Source: Naegleria gruberi
Taxonomy: Eukaryota
Length of the DNA: 8,920 nucleotides
NCBI GenBank assembly: GCA_000004985.1
Contig: GG739048.1
Direction: 5' to 3' (one strand)
Of this stretch, positions 7,346 to 8,920 are shown in pieces. The position numbers were made by a program, and so were the translations under genes. Under the pieces are notes generated by a model, which saw only the letters and a list, made by a program, of their open reading frames with translations, ran no database searches and was not told the origin of the DNA. Positions within the stretch are counted from its first letter, which is position 1; each line of letters opens with the position of its first letter.

Positions 7346-8917
7346 TTAATACTTTATTTCACTTTTGTGTGTTGTAACAATAGCATCACCTCCACGTTGA
7401 TCATTATCTTGAATTAATTGTTGATTTAATGGTGATGATGGTGAATTGGATTTTGATGATGAATTACTATTATTATTATTATGATTAAATTGATTAAATT
7501 GATTATTTAGAGATGATGAAATATTTAATGATGAAGATTCAATTGAATTAATTTGATCATTAATCCAAATTAATAATCTATTATCTTCAAATGGAATGAA
7601 TATAGTATTTTCATTATTAAATTCATTTTCCTTATAAAAATTAAAACCACCATTTTTAATAATGTTTAACCATTCATCATCTTTAATAATAGAATTTCTA
7701 ATATTATTAAATAATCTTTTCAAAACAATAAAATTTCCTCTATTAAATAAATAATTCATTTGTGCATATAAAGATTTTACAAATAAAATATTTTCATCTT
7801 GATTTTCTATACATGGTAATAAAATATTTAAAATAAAATCTAATATCCATAAATGATCAGATTTATCCAATGTACAAAACATTTGCATTACTCTTTTATA
7901 TGAATTATGAATATAATTTACAATTATTCTTTTATGATTATTTAATAATTCTTTAATTCTATTTATAGAACATATTTTCATTTTTATATCAGATTCATGT
8001 TCAACTCCTAAATATATTATTATTTCCATAAATACTTGAATATATTGTGATATATTTATTTCTTCTTCATTTAAATTATTATTATTATTTAAATTATTAT
8101 TATTATTTAAATTAATAAAATTATAATTAAAATTATTTAAATTATTTAAAATGAATTTAAAAGCAATAATAAAAGAATGATTAATTAATTGATTTGAATT
8201 TAATCTTTTAGTATTATCTTTTTCAATCATTAAACCAATTAATTTTCTAATAGAATTTAAAATGATACTATCATATAAAATAGTAATTGGTTTATAATTT
8301 TGTAAAACTATTTTTAAAAATGTTAAATGTGAATGACCACTAAATAATTCAAATAAAGTAACACCTAATGAATATATATCTACATTATAAGTATATCCTT
8401 TTTGAAATACAATTTCACTTGCACAATATAATGGTGTACCACATACTGATTGTAATGCTATTCCATTTATATTATTATCATTTAATATTTTAGCTAATCC
8501 AAAATCACCTAATTTTACTTGAATATTTTCATATTTATCATTATTTTCATTTTCTTTTAAATTATTTATATTATTATTTATATTATTTATATTATTTAAA
8601 TTATTTAAATTATTTAAATTATTATTATTTGTAGTATTATTATTATTAATTAAATTATTATTTATAGTATTAGATGATAAAGATGATGATGTTGATGATG
8701 AATGTATACTTGATGCTGAATTTGTTTTTTTAAATATTTTTTTATCTACATTTTGACTATTATTATTATTATTTAAATATTCATTATCATTTAAATTTTC
8801 ATTTAAATCTTCATCTAAATCTTCATCTTCATCTTCATCATCACGTATATATTTATTAAAAATATAATTTGAATTTAATAAATTATTTGATAATAAAATA
8901 TTATATGGTTTATATCT
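7346..8917 (-). CDS. Serine/threonine protein kinase (catalytic domain with long low-complexity inserts, plus ~290-aa C-terminal extension); 5' part beyond window end or preceded by an intron
   Basis: A single open minus-strand frame runs from 8917 to the TAA at 7346-7348; the listed ORF 7346-8230 is only its Met-initiated tail. Kinase subdomains seen are KPYNILL (VIb-like, 8891-8917), VKLGDFGLAK (VII, DFG at 8498-8506), GTPLYCASE (VIII, 8414-8440), DIYSLGVTLFELFSG (IX) and LIGLMIEKDNTKRLNSNQLINHSF (XI). An in-frame TAG occupies 8918-8920 at the window edge. Confidence 0.85.
   Translation of the reverse strand, partial: RYKPYNILLSNNLLNSNYIFNKYIRDDEDEDEDLDEDLNENLNDNEYLNNNNNSQNVDKKIFKKTNSASSIHSSSTSSSLSSNTINNNLINNNNTTNNNNLNNLNNLNNINNINNNINNLKENENNDKYENIQVKLGDFGLAKILNDNNINGIALQSVCGTPLYCASEIVFQKGYTYNVDIYSLGVTLFELFSGHSHLTFLKIVLQNYKPITILYDSIILNSIRKLIGLMIEKDNTKRLNSNQLINHSFIIAFKFILNNLNNFNYNFINLNNNNNLNNNNNLNEEEINISQYIQVFMEIIIYLGVEHESDIKMKICSINRIKELLNNHKRIIVNYIHNSYKRVMQMFCTLDKSDHLWILDFILNILLPCIENQDENILFVKSLYAQMNYLFNRGNFIVLKRLFNNIRNSIIKDDEWLNIIKNGGFNFYKENEFNNENTIFIPFEDNRLLIWINDQINSIESSSLNISSSLNNQFNQFNHNNNNSNSSSKSNSPSSPLNQQLIQDNDQRGGDAIVTTHKSEIKY
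8040..8160 (-). repeat. Coding microsatellite: ~18-bp repeats (tttaaattattattatta) encoding the NLNNNNNLNNNNNL tract in the kinase C-terminal region
   Basis: catttaaattattattattatttaaattattattattatttaaattaataaaattataattaaaattatttaaattatttaaaatg. The protein reads FINLNNNNNLNNNNNLNEEE. Confidence 0.6.
8560..8660 (-). repeat. Coding microsatellite: 9-bp tandem repeat (aattattta, 4 copies) plus (att)n, encoding an Asn-rich insert inside the kinase catalytic domain
   Basis: attatttatattatttatattatttaaattatttaaattatttaaattattattatttgtagtattattattattaat encodes ...INNNNTTNNNNLNNLNNLNNINNINNNINNLKE, between the catalytic-loop motif and DFG. Confidence 0.6.
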
Positions 8918-8920
8918 CTA

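Noticed and set aside
7381-7396. gcatcacctccacg resembling the bacterial 16S 3' end (GGATCACCTCCTT)
   Set aside because: It lies within the kinase C-terminal codons (GGDAIVTT). It is a chance match in a eukaryotic coding region.
1-8920. Prokaryotic defence or novel-system signatures (CRISPR arrays, toxin-antitoxin pairs, operonic ORF clusters)
   Set aside because: I saw no direct-repeat/spacer array, no operon-like gene packing and no Shine-Dalgarno context. The composition, homopolymer-rich proteins and clear Ku70/Mpv17/eukaryotic-kinase homologies identify a eukaryotic (dictyostelid) nuclear region.

Overview
This window looks like nuclear DNA from a social amoeba (Dictyostelium-type). It is about 75-80% AT overall, with near-pure AT in intergenic stretches. 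Coding regions use A/T-ending codons and encode Asn/Thr/Ser/Glu homopolymer tracts. Two assembly gaps interrupt it: 50 N at 929-978 and 1470 N at 1907-3376. It is not a prokaryotic locus and I found no CRISPR or defence system.

Three genes lie on the minus strand:
- A serine/threonine protein-kinase gene at 7346-8917, running off the window end.
- An Mpv17/PMP22-family membrane protein whose N-terminus is at 3849-3377; the rest is lost in the large gap.
- A clear Ku70 (XRCC6) NHEJ DNA-end-binding orthologue at 1906-265. It is broken by the 50-N gap and has its N-terminus in the large gap.

A convergent plus-strand gene ends at 205.

The roughly 3.5 kb between the Mpv17 start and the kinase stop is unusually long for this kind of genome. 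It contains two ORF-free blocks of atypically complex, moderate-GC composition (about 4120-4560 and 5650-7330), separated by AT-only DNA that holds a 35-42 bp tandem repeat.

The most interesting observations are an apparently Asp-less catalytic loop in the kinase (possible pseudokinase, or an unrecognised intron) and the 1.7 kb ORF-free block whose codon-like composition is not Dictyostelium-like.
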